Origin: Cycas panzhihuaensis | Taxonomy: Eukaryota; Plantae; Cycadophyta | DNA length: 64,000 nucleotides | NCBI GenBank assembly: GCA_023213395.1 | Contig: CM041465.1 | Coordinates: 67,463,741 to 67,527,740 of the forward strand | Direction: 5' to 3' | In this document: positions 25,045-40,130 of the stretch, one piece after another | How positions within the stretch are numbered: the first letter of the stretch is position 1 | Layout: each line of letters opens with the position of its first letter | Notes under the pieces: model-generated | Told to the model about the DNA's origin: nothing | The model's database searches: none | Seen by the model: the letters and a program-made list of their open reading frames with translations, nothing else | Program-made: the position numbers and the translations under genes

Positions 25045-28000
25045 AAAAGAAAAAACTTAAAAGAAGAGCAATATCTATTAAGCAAGATTGAATAAGTGAT
25101 ATAATAAACATTTGAATAAAATATTCAAGCAATAACTTCTTTGATAAACCAAAAAAGAAATGCAATGCCTTTGAAATTGAAATGCTCTTTTGAAAATAAA
25201 GTGCATAAATAACTATATGCAACCTTTACAAAAGAAATAATAAATCAATAAAGCTTCCAATAAGTGAATTTTTTATGCATATAATAGTCAAGAAATGATT
25301 TGTAATTATGTTTGTGCTATACACTTTTTCAAAAAATATGTCTTTTGAATAAATAAGAAAGCTAATGAACCAATGAACTTAGGATGTATGAAGATGATTA
25401 TAGATATTCTTGAAATAAGATAAACAAATAAGAAAAAAGTCCTTTGTAGGTTTATAAACGAGCTAGGTAGAATCTTTCATGCAAAGTAAATAAGACCTTT
25501 TAAGTATACAAATTTGAAATAAAATCCCCTTGATGATGGAAAAAATAGAGAAGATTAATAAAATTCTTTTATTTAAACTTTGAATTTCGAACAAATAAAG
25601 AATAACTTGAGCAAGGAAATGACCCCTTTTTCAATACAAAATAAATAATTATTCTTTCGAAAAGGATAAAAATAAGAAGTTAAAATATAAATTTAGTTTT
25701 AATAGTAGAAATGCTTGAAAGAATATAACTTTCTTATTAAAAATAAACAACTAATGAACTTTTATTCAAATAAATAATATTGATGAAATGCACCTTCCTT
25801 TTCCTATTTTGATATAATGAAGAAATAATAAGCATGTATACGTCTCTTTTGAATACTTTTAGCAAATATAAATTTAAATTGTATTTAATACAATGAAGTA
25901 TTTGAATAAATCTTAAAGTTTTCCAATAGGGATAAGTGACTCAAGCAAGTCAATTGAAAATGAATGAATTCCTTTTTAAATATATGCAAGATAATTTATT
26001 ATACTTTTTACATTAAGTGAAGATGTATAAGACAGGATACTAGAGCTCAAAAAATTAGAGCTAGGGAGCTATATTTTTTAACTAGAGCTAGGGAGCTCAA
26101 AAAATTATAAAATACCGACAAACACTTTATGAAATAATATAAAGAAGATTAAATATAAATTAGAAGCTTCTTAATATGCCTTAAGTTGATTAAACTACAA
26201 AAATAATGTCTTAAAAAATATGAAATAATGAAGAACTAGGAGAACTTGAGTACCTTAACTTTATTAGCTTTGAACATCTATAAAACGACTTCAAAACGAG
26301 TAAAGAAATATATCAATATAAGGAGAAATGAGTTAACTTTCCAAAAAAACTACCAGATTTGAAATCTAATGTCAAACAAAAGAGTTATGCCAAAAATAGT
26401 GAGGGTGGTTCCTCTTTATATTTAATAAATCAAAGGTTGAAAAAAAAAACATTGACTTTAGATCATTAAAAAAAAGGTCAAATCTGATCTAAAACTAGCA
26501 AATAACTAGTCTACATTGTAGCCCTCAAAATTTTGATTGCAATGGAATAAGTTTCATCAGAAACAGGTACTCTAGTAAGAAGATATAGCCAAAAAAACCA
26601 GGTATTTTTTATATGAAAAATAAATTAAAAAAATAAAAGGAAATTTTGATAAACTTGAATTGGCCCCTTTAAAAAAGTAAGCTAAAGGTCACATGAATGT
26701 AACGAGATTAGGGGCTAGTACCTTGAGGGGGCTTAAGACTTATCAAAAGGATTTGAAATGGTATAAAATCTAATTGAATTTATATAACCTTTTACAAAAT
26801 AATATTAATCAAATTAGAAAAGGTGAATAGCATTGAAACATTGAACGATGAGGCAACTGAACAGGGAGAAAATGATCAAATAGAGATGTGAATCTGATTA
26901 GAAAGTGATTGATTTGCATCAATCTTAGATACAAAGGGGGGGAATGATGAATCCTACAGATGGACTAAACTAAAAGGTGTCAAAAAATGATTGAAATGTT
27001 AGATCAATTAAGAACTGAATAACATCGAATGGCAAACAATGATCTACGTAGGTGGTTTTTTAGCATAACCAAAGGAGAAAACATTCACAAATTAATTAAT
27101 TCAGAGATGCAAGGAGGGGCAGTTGATCTACCAACCAGATCAGGTCTAAACCATTAAAGAAATATTAATTTAAATTTATGTATTATATGAGAAAATACGG
27201 AGAATGACCACAGCGGTGCATGGTGAATAGAGAGGATGGTGAACATAATAATGCTAAATAGGGACTAAAGAACATTGATTAATCTCAGATCTGAGCTAAG
27301 GTAAGTAGACAAGAGGCACTTGAGGGGAGTAGACTCAAGTGCACAAAAACATTTCAAAAATATTGACAAAAAATAAAGGAGAATAGTGAAAACCTTCAAA
27401 CGAGAGCCAGAATCTTTCTTTGTAAGCTACAAAATTTGACAGGTAGTGAGGTATCTTGGGTAATAAGGGGCTCATAAAGTTTCGTGATGAATTGATACTT
27501 TTATATTGAGAACAGGCATGCAGACCAAAAAAAAGCCAAACAGAGTGACTGATAAACAAACTAAAAGAACTCATAGTACAACTAATAAAAACACAAACGA
27601 TTTCTTCCACTAGCTCGCTAGTTTAGTAAGGAACACAATGAGTAGTCATATGCTTATGTTTTGAGCACTGGATTTGGTGCACAGTCCTACCGAATCAAGG
27701 CTATATAGTCACCCATAACTAAACGTGAGATAAAAACTATGAATTGAAAATATTAACTGAAATAATTTTAGAATATATAAAGTTAAACTTTAATATATTG
27801 AAACTAAATAAACACATCCAAAGATGATTTGTGAGATAACCAAACAATAACGTGACACTCTGATACCAATAATAGGTTTCTTGCGAAGAGCAGAGTATAG
27901 AAATAAACCATAACAACTTAATCCATATTGTAAAAAATGTAAAATATTATTTGTATTAATCCATATTGCTCAAAGTACATGAAATATTCCTTGAACGGGT

Positions 28001-28192
28001 GTTGTTGATGAATACTGAGAGAGATAATCGTATGAAATATATACTTTTGAGGAAGGAGGGAAACCTCCTTCACCTCCAATTCAAATTAATATTAAATAAT
28101 GCTCAATATTAAATACACTTACCTAACTTACCTTTGAGGCTTGTGCATTGCATACTCCAATGTAGGGTCATGTGATGAGCATTAACCTAGCA
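23740..28192 (-). mobile_element. Non-autonomous copia-derived LTR element (4.45 kb) with gag remnant and no pol
   Basis: LTRs at 23740-24061 and 27871-28192. PBS TGGTATCAGAGT at 27857-27868 and PPT AAGGAGGAGAA at 24062-24072. TSD ATAGG at 23735-23739, mutated to ATATG at 28193-28197 but intact at 42514-42518 in the duplicate. Confidence 0.9.
24062..24800 (-). pseudogene. Truncated gag-like ORF of the non-autonomous element
   Basis: KDNETLTILFCTIHNNVFSYVYEMPTSKFVWDTLASIYG aligns to gag KDNEALALIFCALEDHVFPRVSESIKSKEAWDTLQLIYEG at ~7480-7600. Confidence 0.7.
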
Positions 28193-28197
28193 ATATG

Positions 28198-29731
28198 TAT
28201 CTAAAAGAGTAAGAATAAGTTTAAATAGTCTATATTTTGTCATTTTACCTTTTCCTACTATAGCCTTATTTCTTCTTTTGTCCTTTATTGTACACTCATT
28301 ATTGTCAAATATAACCTTGTGATCTTACCCCATTACCTGCCCTATTAATAATAAGTTTTTCTTTAAGGAAGGAATATAGAAGACATCATCAAGATGTTTA
28401 TACTCTCATATATCTATCATGAGGGTTATGCTACCTATACCAATACATTCATGGGATGTATCATCTCCAAACATTATTGATCCTTTTCTCCTTTTATCTA
28501 AGGTATAAAATAGATATTCCTTGTGAGTCATGTGGGTTGAGTAACTCGAGTCAATATACCAACTATCATCATCTTCTTCCTTGACAGTAAAATAGGATAA
28601 GAATAGTCTATTATTATCCCTTAATTCTATATTAGTATGTACACTCCCTTTGGTGGGTGGTCCATATTTGGAGAAACACTTATCTTCCGTGTGATTACTT
28701 TAATGACAATAGGACAAATATACAGATTCTCTTCTTCCATAACTTAGACTTCTACTTCTTGGATGAGTTCTATTAATGTGGGAAGGTCTCCCATTTTTCT
28801 CATAATATGGATCTATATTTTTCCTTTGTCTATTATCATAGTAATCATGATTTGATCATGTGCCTTGAATATTTCCTTGGCAATTAGGGCAATATGAGTA
28901 TCCCTTATATTATTTTTCCTAATTTAGATGCCTAGGAGGATTCACATTTCATTAATTTCCTCATTGTCTCATTTGATATGAAGCTTGATACTTATGTAGA
29001 TCATGTCTCAAATCCCTTGTAGAATTTCTATCCCTTCTCTTAGGAGGTGATTCTATAGATTTTAAAGTACCCGCTTGAGAGTGAGATTGAATCCTAGCCT
29101 TAGTAGCAAAGGCATGCTCAAACAAATCATTCGCATTCTATTACTATTCAATTGATATTAATATGGCACTTAGTTTCTCCACTTTTAGTGTACTTAGATC
29201 TTTTGACATCTATATTCTTGTCATAACCATTTCAAATCTTCTAACAATACCTACACACCTTAATATTCTTTCCACTACTTATTCTTCCATCAATGTGTCT
29301 CCAAGTGACCTCATTTGACTGACTATATCTTAAACTTTAGTCATGAACTCTGTTAATGATTCTATGGGCATCATTCACAAATTCTTAAATCTGCTCTTAA
29401 GGTTTTAGAGATTAGATGAAGCAACTCCTTCATAGATTAGCTAGGGAGTATCTCATACTTCCTTTGATTTAGTTGACTTACTAACATGTGGAAAAACATG
29501 ATCTTCTAATACATAAAATATAAGTGCAAGTGTTTCATTATCCTTTTTAACATTTTTCTTATAAGTTGCCTATTTAGCGTCGATAGTATTTTGTCCTAAC
29601 TTACTATATTATGTTTTCACAATTTCCCACATATTGTTAATAATGAATATAGGTCCCATCCTCCTACTCTAGTTTAGAAAATTATTACCATCAAACTTGG
29701 GAATTATCATGTTTCTAAAACTAGATGTCAT
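28198..29731 (-). pseudogene. Degenerate gag-protease of the older copia
   Basis: MTSSFRNMIIPKFDGNNFLN*SRRM start at 29731 and WYIDSSYSTHMT protease. Confidence 0.9.
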
Positions 29732-31944
29732 CTTTAGCCAAGGTTTTTAAAAATGATAAATAAAGTGAGGTTTACAAAGGCTTGAGTTTAAAATTTAAAC
29801 CAAGAGATAATGTCCAAAGTTTTGCCTAAAATTTTTAAAGTGTCCTAGTCCCTAATAAGACTTCCAAGCTCTAAGTTTAAGGGTCTCCAAGGGAAACCTT
29901 TGATTGTTATTCCATCTAATGGCACCTACATATAAGGGGTAAAATAGGAACCTAATATACTGGTATGTGAGCTCAAGGCTCGATATACCTATGTACATAG
30001 GCTTCTATAAAGGTTGTTATATCCCCTAAGTTGTTAGTTCACCTGAGCTAGACTTATACCTAGTGATAGATCTGGAAGTGAAGGTTGAACTAACTAAGGA
30101 ACTCACCCTCTTTAAGTCTAGTCTTAGTCTTTGAGCACCGAAAATGGTTGGCTCTCCACCTCAACTTACCACCTGATACACCTTATAGCCAATAACTTTC
30201 CTCATCCAATATGAGTAGGCCAATTGCTGTATGCGTGCTAATAACTTTAAGGGACCTAACCATTCCCTTTTCAAGGCTAGAAAAAAAGTGTGGTTGATTT
30301 GGGAGTTATCTTTCTTAATGTGAGAATATATTTTAATTTGAATATGGTCTTTCTTAGCTTTTATAAGATTCTTTTTATGCAGAAATAAAAATAACTCAAA
30401 AATAAATCCTTTAAGTAATACAAAATATGAAGATTAAACTTTTATGAAATGGAAATATAATTCAAACTTACTTCAAATAAAAATGTGATACTAACTTTCT
30501 TTAAATTATAATAAAGTAAGTAAACGAATCAATGAATGTGATACTAACTTTCCTCAAATTATAATAAAGTAAGTAAATGAATCAATGATGCTTTTCTATT
30601 TCAAATAAACCAAGGAACATAAACTGGTATGCAAACTAGTGCTTTTAAATTGATATATTTTATGGGAAAGATAAGAAGCTATATGCTTCTTTTGAATGCA
30701 ATGCAATAAGAAACCTTTAATGCTTTATATGCCAACTAGTTTTTAGAATATTAAATTAAACTTTTGAGACAAATAAATAATCAATGAAATTTATAACTTT
30801 TAAGTTGAGAAAAGGAGCTAAAGCCTTTGATAAAGAATAAGATGATTTCATGTCTAATATACAAGACAAAGCTATTTGATTTTGAATGTGAAGGTGCTCC
30901 TTTATAAGATCAAGAATAATTATATGAAACTTACAATTTATAAACAAAATCTATGCTCAAAGTGATTAAAAATTCTAAGAATATGTATGTATTCATTTGA
31001 TAATATAAGAAATGAAATAGAATTAATGTATATAGTACTTGTTTGACATTTTTGTAGTACTTAGGTTACTTGAAGCTTATAGTTCTAAAACTGATATTAG
31101 TTAGCTAAACAATAGCTTAGGATATATACAAAAACCTATTAATAACTCCAAAAATTGATTAGCAATAAATAATACTCAAATATAATCATTTGAAATAAGA
31201 ACATACTAAAAAATATTATTAAATAAGCATGTTTAGGGTTGAATTAGAACCTTAACTTGATTAGCTTCAGAAACCTACAAAATGATGTCAAAACATAATA
31301 AAACTAATACCAACATGAAGTGCTCTGAAATAGCTTTCTAATGAATCTTACAGTTCCAAAATCAGACTTGAAATAACTAAGTAATTATAAAAGAGTGTGA
31401 GCAAGCCTCTTTATGGTTAATAGAATAATTGCTAGAAAAAATGTATCACTTTAATTAATTAAAACTTAGCCAAATGAGTTCAAATTTGATAAGTGATAAT
31501 ACCACACTAAGGATCTCTAAAATACGGTTCTAATGAGACTAGGTTCACTAAAAACTAATACTCTAAGGATAAGTTATAACATTAAATATGACAAGTGCTC
31601 TTCGACAAAAAATATAAAGAAAAGCTTAATAAAATAAATTAGCCCCTTTTGATAAATAGGGAGCATGGTCATATAGAGCTATTTTAAATCAAAAACTAGA
31701 TCTCTATGAGGGCTATATACCTCCAACACTCAGCAGATGTTTGCTAACTCTTGAAGAAAGATAAAGCCTAAAAATATATCTTGAAAAATAGAAAAAAATT
31801 CCTCTTAATAGACTCGAAGCAGAGGTCACATGCAATTGAAGCTGGGGACTAATACCCTTAAACCCACTTGGATTTCAAATAGAGTTAACAACAACTAAAT
31901 TTTTAATAACTTTAATAAACCTTATAAGATAGATTAAATGTGAT

Positions 31945-32061
<117 letters not shown>

Positions 32062-32962
32062 TTTACAAAGCTGTGACATCCATGTGACCTCCATTGAGAT
32101 GTAAAGATAAATTTTGATCCAAATAAACACAAAAAAATGATCTAGAAGCTTTAGAGTTGAAGATCAATGAGTTGCACAGTTAATGAAAGCTTCAGATCGA
32201 TTAAACTCAATGAAACACATAGACAACGTGGTGTAACGAAGCACGTCTCAATGAGACGTTGAAAGCCAGATGGAGGTTCAACGGTGGAACTAAGGCCAAA
32301 TATGAGTAGGATAATCACTAAATAGTGATCAAATCTCTTTACACTTGCTCATTGAAGAGGGATGCTTAGATATATAGTCTAAAATCACAAAAAGAAAATT
32401 CAAAATTTATTTCTTATAAGTGAAAAAACAAGAGAAAAATAAGGAAAAAATTAGACTTAGAGGTTTAAGCAATTCAAACTTCTCACTTGGTATATGGATT
32501 TTCACAAGATTTTATGTGTAGCTAAGTTCACCTAATAGCCAGACTCTGGCAAAATTTTGTGAAGAATGATTGCTTGTAGACCTAAAATGAAGTTTCAGAA
32601 TAAAACGAGCAAAAAATGGATATATGGTGACTCCAGGTGAGCTTTCTCTCAGTGCAAGAAATGAAAGTCAATGAGATTTCTTCCAATAGCTAAAAGAATC
32701 AATTGTGAATAGAATGAGTAGTGATATGCAATAGTTCTAAGCAACGTGGGAGGCACACTCACTGGTTCTAAAACAACTATCAATGGTTCCAAAAATAAAG
32801 AAATGGAAAACAAAGGGAATAAAATGAAATATTAATAAATATGAATGATTTTCTCTATAGTTTAATAAACTTTGATAAATAATATCAACCTCATACCAAA
32901 ATAACCATGATGAAGTGTCATGAGATTCCCCATGTCCTCTGAACACTCACTCTGTTACCAAA

Positions 32963-33319
32963 TGTTAGAAGCGAGGTGCAAAGCAAGAGATTACATTAGT
33001 GAGTGCATATTTTCAAAGTGAAAATTAAACTTCCAAATAATATATTAGCAATGTTAGAAAATACTAGGGAGGTATTTCCATCCCATTTATAGGCAAGTTT
33101 AGGGAGGCGGCAAGCCCCTCAACCTAACACAATCAAAATTTAAAATAATATTAAAAATATTAAATAATAATTAAATACATACCTCAAAGTAGATGCATCA
33201 GCTCTTTTGGTGATTGGTGGAAGTTGCTAGGTGGCTTGAGGTGTCCTAGGGAGGCCTAAGCTGGCTTTGAGGGGCCCTAGTTACACATTAGTATAAGAAC
33301 ATTAGGTATTATCCCAACA
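32963..33319 (-). repeat. 5' LTR of the older copia
   Basis: Adjacent to the PBS and flanked by TGATG. Confidence 0.92.
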
Positions 33320-36189
33320 TGATGAAGGTAATATTATATAGAATGAAGGGTAAATAAATCTAGATCTATAAGTAAATTTAAGATTTGATAAGTATAAGGG
33401 AAATAAGTGGGGAATAAGGGCTAGCCATTCCTTATGGGAAAACGGTTTTGGTAGTGACATGTGAAGATGATTTATAGAGTAATGTAAAGGGTTAAAGGGA
33501 AAACATATATGATAGTGAGAAGGTTGGTGGTAGTGAGAGTGGGGATGTAGATGAGAAAAAGATAATACTTTGTCGAGACTGTGTATAATGCTAGCATTGA
33601 AGGTTGAAACTTCTTAACAGAGGTTTAGAGGAGAAGGAATATAGAGGTAGCGATAAAGATATCTCTTAGGAAATCAGTCATGAAAGAGTATCTCATGTAG
33701 AATAAGAATTTCACATATTAGGAATAAGGAACCTAGAGCTTCAAGTTTTAAGTTATTTATATGATTTTATTGTGTAGGGGATGAGATATTCTATGAGGCT
33801 ATAGAATTTAGAAAGTTGAGATGAATAAGGAGACTTCCAAAATAAATAGGTAAATGTAAGATAACATCAGGATTTAAAATAAGTACCCATTTTGAGTCAT
33901 CTCACATCTTAGATTTTTTGTTAAGTTACTCATAGATGGCAATTTTCTCACTTGACTTATGTGTTATTTATTATGTTATCATCTTATTCATTGATATGCT
34001 CTTGTTTAAGTTCTTTCTTAATTAGATTGATCAGTTCTTCATGTGTGTCATGTAACCACTTATTTTATGACTCAACCATAGGCTCCTTGCTATATTATTC
34101 CTTGATCTGATTAGCTAGCTTTTCTTCTCTCTTTGTTTTTGCCTTCTCCTTGTAAGCTCTCAGTCTTGCTTGAATCCTGCTTAATACCTCCTCATTATCT
34201 TCTTTTTAATATTTATTCTTAAAGTTGCTAAAGTCCTCTATAGTGTAGTCCATTGGTAGTCATTTAACTACCTTATAATCCTTTTATCAAATCTGATAAG
34301 AAAATCCCTTAAGAATTATTCCCAGTTAAAGCAATTTCTTAAGAGTTTACTTATGACCCACCCTAAAGGTTTATCACTAAAATATAGATAAATAATTAAG
34401 ATGAAATCCTCATTTTTTATGTCAAGTGAAAGTGTAAGACTATTTCTATCTTACACAGCCATGCTATGGCTCGCATTCCCCTACATCCAGTGAAAATAGG
34501 TACGTTTGGATCTGTCATTATATATTAACTTTAAATAATAGTTAATATATTAAATCAGGTTGAAAATATATTAAATAATATCTCAAAATAATAGCCTTTG
34601 AAATGAAATTTTAACAGTTAAACAAAATAAAATTCTAGCAGTTGTAATAAAGTTATGGCCCTTTAAGGGTATGTCATAATTAGGGTATTTTGAGACTACA
34701 ATAGTACTTGTTACTAAAATATTGATAACACTTTACTCCATACCTAATAACAAATTTTAAACCCTACAATGATAATAGATAATAAGACAAAATTAAATTC
34801 TCCATAATTTTTTTTATTTTCCTATAAACCTTTTACAATAAGAACTCAAAAATTATAAAACATGCTTATTTAGATTAAATTCATAATTATTCTTTTAAAA
34901 TTCTTTTATTCATACTCTAAAAAATGCATATCTTTGATAGGCTACAAGTGAATTTCTAATACCACCTCAAGTGATCCTAAATTATGTCTACTTATTTAAA
35001 TACCAAAGACAATTGAAATGAAAGTAGAATAGGCAAAATTTTCCTAGGAACCAAATGTCAAAATAAATTATGATTAACTCAAAAAAATAAAACTTATAAA
35101 ATAACAAACTTATTAAAAAACTAATTTCAATAATAATATGAACACTAAAATACCAACTTCATAAAAAATAAATAAAAAATAAAAAATAAAAACTCCCTAA
35201 TAATAATAATAAAATTGACTTATAATAAAACACCAACTTCTTCTAAATATGTTAGGATTAATATATTTTAAAGCGTAAAGCAGGGTGGAGGTGATTTAAA
35301 GCCAAACATTCTATGAGAAATAAATGGGAGGTGATGTCATAGGGCTTACATATCACCACATAATAATTTGAATTTAAATTTCTCAAATAGGACCTACAAA
35401 TAGATCCATCAACAATTTAAAAGTGAATTGAGGCTTAGACTTAAATTGATGTTATAACTTATCTCAGTATCTCAGTAGAAAGTAGAGCATGAAGTCAAAT
35501 TCAAAAGACATAGTTCAATGCCCAAGAAGGGATTACAAGGGGTGAATTGGGTAAATCCACATTTATTAATTTCCACAATTAGGTCATAAGAGCTTGAAAA
35601 CTCCAATGCAAATGCCATAGAGCATAAAATACATCATATAAAACATTCAATATCATGGATGTAGAGAATTGAGTGTCAAAGGAATAGATGTTCATAAGCA
35701 ATAGTGGATATAAATGAAAGGTAGTTGTTAGATGTCTAGGCATTGACGTCATAAAGTAAAGTAAGAAAATTGAAGATTAGATTCTAATAAAAAAATTAAA
35801 GTTCAATTTGAAGTTATAAAGTCATTGCAGGTCACCAAATTTAAATAAGCATAGTAGCAAGGTAAGTGGGGAAGATGTTTTTAAAAAAATTATTTATCCT
35901 AAAATATATGTTTAACTAAATCATATTATATTTTTTTTTGAGTTCTAGTGTTTTAGCCCCCAAGTGTTTAGCCATGGTTGTATGGAGAAAGAGGACTAAC
36001 TTTATTTTTGGTACTATACACTGTCGTTTTAAAATTTTTAAGATAATCACATTTGTAATAGAATTTCCCATCCTTTTGGGGTGATCACATGGAGAATTTC
36101 TAGTACCTTGCATGGTGATTGATGACTTACTCCTTATTTTAACACTTTATATATTACTATAAATAAATAATATAAATTATTAATTTATG

Positions 36190-37380
36190 GAAGAAGTTTT
36201 TCTTTTCTTTTTTTAATTTATCATGTGCATTGAGTAAAAGTTTTTTGATGATGAATGGTCTATAATAATATGTTGAAGTAAAAGTTGTCAAGGATAACAC
36301 TAATGATATTACTCAGGCTAAATACGATGCCCTAAATAGAGTGACAATGGGGCTTACCAATCTCTCAATAGGCAACTTGATGAAAAATGTTTAAAATGTC
36401 ATAATATCTAAAGACGTCTAGGATATAATAATTTTTATGTTTGAAACTAAGAATGATGTAAGGGTCATGATGTTGAGAAATCAATTATACAATTTCAAGT
36501 TGATTGCATCTATGATTCAACATACTAAATATGAAAAGGGTATTACAAATTAATTGAGTACTATTAAATACAATGTCATTGATAGGGAGTTGATTATCTT
36601 TGAGGAATTTTCATAAAATATATAAAAGCTTTGTCATAAGTTCTATAATAATAGACAAGTTTAACACTACAACCTTTAATGATTTAGAAGGTCATAAAGT
36701 ATGGAAAATCTATACATTTTATTAAATACTATAAGAAGACACAATCTTATTAGTAGAATTGAAAGAATTATAATGATTAGCATATTTAGAGAAGGAGAGA
36801 TCAACAATTAAGTCATTTCTCTAATTATTTGTCAAGTGAAAGAAGCAAGAAACTCTTCATTATAGGAAATCAAATTAGCAATTTTGATAACGTATAGTAC
36901 ATTAACTCAAATATTCCTATATGCACAATAGGTAAATTGGAATGGTTCAGACACATGGGAGGTGACTGGTCAAATAATGATACTTAATGATGATACAATG
37001 TTAAAAGATAAACTTATTAGAGAGGTTCTTATCATTACACCTAGCAATGAGAATTACTACATTGAAGATGTAATGTATGTACTAGCTCTAATGAAGAACT
37101 TGATATTTATTAGTGAGATTAAGGTCATAACATGAGTGTTCCTTTTAAGTGTGTTAAATGTAGCATCCTAGATTGTAAAAGGAAAATTATAGTCATAGGT
37201 GTCAAGGACGATGAAAATGATAAATATACAAATCAAAAAATCCTTAGTATAAATATAACATTAAAAAATCAATTGTGAAATGAAAGGATGGAATATTTAC
37301 AGTTAATATTTAAATTAAATATGATTTTCCTATACTTTCAATCAAAAGTGGTTTTGTGTGAACCTTGCATAATGGGAATT
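36190..37380 (+). mobile_element. Highly degenerate copia gag-protease relic
   Basis: SKDV*DIIIFMFETKNDVRVMMLRNQLYNFKL (gag), IEDVMYVLALMKNLIFISE (protease region), LCEPCIMG. Confidence 0.7.
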
Positions 37381-39736
37381 CTAGAAAATGCATAACGACC
37401 AAAGATCAAGTAATAAATTAAGATTAAGATCAATAAATTTAAAATAACAAGTCACAAATATGATCTGTAAAATATGGATATAACATCAAATATGAAATAC
37501 ATAAAAATAAAATATATATCATAATATAAGATAATAACTTTAGGAATAATGGTCATTTTCGTTATTGGTTATAAATGTATTTCACCTTATAGATATCAAA
37601 TAATATTAGAGAACCTCTAACAGAACCTATGGTGAATACATGAATATATCAGCTCAAAAGCTACACATTTTAATAATGCTCACTAATTAACATCTATATA
37701 AGTGTGCACCTCTTTATGTTGATTATGTATAATATTTGATGGAGGACTAATATAATAATGAACAATACCATCAATTATTCTCTAATGCTCTCCAATAATA
37801 TTTAATCTTATCTTTCTTATCTTGTCACATTGCTAGGTAGTTGTCTTCCTTACTAAAAAACTTTTATATGTGCTTTATTATTTGATGACCCCTCTTCTTT
37901 AACACATGAGAAGTAATTTTTTGTCACCTTACTTAGACTCATGAATAATATAAAACCTTAGTTTTAATGAAAAGACAAAGTACCATACTTAATTATGATA
38001 AAGGTTGTTTGAATAACCTTTACATGTTAGAGCTACAAAATGAATTACAAAACCTCAAATTAATATAGCCAAAGGTGAGAAATTTATATAGGCAAATGAG
38101 GACATGATAGGAACCCATGTAGAAGTAAGCAAGCATATAACTTCAAGCTTGTTAGACTTCATGAAACAATTATTTAAGCTAAAGAAAGGGATAGCCAAAA
38201 TTAAGAAAGTTATAAGAGCCTAGCTTATTTAGTACCTTCAAATAATAGGTGTCTACATTGGGTGCTTAAGGTAATTAAGAAAATCCATTCATTCACCAAT
38301 AACAATATATACAAAGCATAAGTATGGATTAGGTTAAGAGAGTGGCTAAAGAGGCTCAAGAGTTGGAGGGTATGGCAAAACTTATATATGTTAACTTGAA
38401 TTCCTTAACAAATAAGCACAATATATACTCCTTAAATAATGAGGAACTAATGAATAAAGAGGAATTTATTAAAACATTACAAGCTAAGATAATGAAATCC
38501 ATGCAGAAGTGTGTCTTTATTTAAAAGGCTAAGCCCAATGAATGGGCCTTACAAATGTAAGAAAAAGATTCTCAACACATGAGCCTCTATGGTTTGATTA
38601 AAAATGAAAAAGATAAGCTCACCCAAGTTAAGGAGGAGGCATACAAGATAAAAGATAACATACAACTAGTGGATTAACAACTAATCTTATGGTTAAAACA
38701 AGAATTGATATCTAGGATGAGAGGAGTATTTGCAAGATGGAAAACTCAAAGCTAGCTTAGAGAAGCCAAGGAGTGGATATAAGGTATATGAACTTGGGTA
38801 ATTAAATGATCATATTCTAAGGACTAGCCATTTAAGAGGGTATATTATCTTATAAAGGGGAAAGTAAACTCAAAGTTAAAATGCTATTATTATTGTACCA
38901 ACCACAAATAGGTAGGCGGTATTTCAAAAAATAGATAGAAAATTTTATAATAAGCATTCCATTAATACCTATTACTCACTACAAAGAAAATAATTCAACT
39001 TCTATTGGCTTGACTGATATACATTTTGTTCTCTAACTTCTACCTTCCTTCCTACCACATTCATCCTTTTTTTGAAGTCTAATGGTTTGTTGTCCCTGTT
39101 TGGTCTATGCTCTATAGAGGTAAATCCACATGGTAATCTTGGGTAATGGAAAGAAGCCTAATAATAATGGAAGTAATATATGAGCCAAAGCTATTACATG
39201 TTGATATTTATTAGTCCCTAAACAAAGATTACATTTTAGTTTGTTGATATTAGCTATTAGCTTTACTCCTATTTTGTATCATAAACTTGTTGCCCTTGGG
39301 TATCTAACTGTAATGTAAATTGATTTAGGGTATTTGGTGTATTTCTAAAATATTTTGATATTTAATACATATAAATATATTCAATCATAAACTTTCATTA
39401 TTAAGAGTATTCTATTAACAAGATAGTGGATAAATATATCATAATTTTATAATATAAATATATGAGAGAAATATACAATTTTCATCTCTTTTCTTCTCTA
39501 AAAGCCATTGATGCAATTGTTTTTCTTTCACTAGTTTAACAATTTAGTCTATTTGGTTATTAGATTAAGAAAATAATTATATGCGAGCATTAATGATTGG
39601 TTTTATTTAGTTTATAACTAAGATTTGATATCTTAAATCATATATTAGATTATTTATCTCTATTGGTTTAACATCATATCTTAGGTTCTTTTCCTATTAT
39701 TTTTGCATATCTTTTCTTCTTTTGAATATTAGATCA

Positions 39737-40130
39737 TTAGATTAGTCAATTTAGTAAGGTTCTTCTACGTGGATAACACTTTGGCAGCCCTCCACTTTTC
39801 CAACTATCTTTCCTTTGAATATCTAGTTATTGGATTAGATGATTTAGTAGGGTTGCTCCATCCAAACACTAATTTGGTATTTTTTCTTTTCTCAAGGCTT
39901 AGGTTAGTGACTTGAATGACTTAGCAAGGCTAGTCTACTTAAACACTAACTTAGTAATTTATTAAAATCACCCTCACTAGTCCTCCCCCATTAACCATTT
40001 TAGTAGATTAAATGATATAGTAGGGATGGTCTACTTAAACCTTTCTTCTATTTGTCAAGCTTTCATAATAGTGGCTTGAGTGATTTAGTAAGCCCAGTGT
40101 GCTTAAACTTCTACCTAACACTCTATTAGA
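39737..40130 (+). repeat. Degenerate array of ~5 units with a conserved core and variable spacers
   Basis: Core resembling GATTRRATGATTTAGTARGG..CTACTTAAAC at ~39738, 39832, 39909, 40005 and 40073. Confidence 0.6.

Noticed and set aside
37950-38900. Purine-rich coding-like stretch including the 60-aa ORF at 38342
   Set aside because: Probably a TE relic, but no motif could be assigned
39737-40130. CRISPR-like array
   Set aside because: Repeats too degenerate, spacing irregular, eukaryotic TE context, no cas genes
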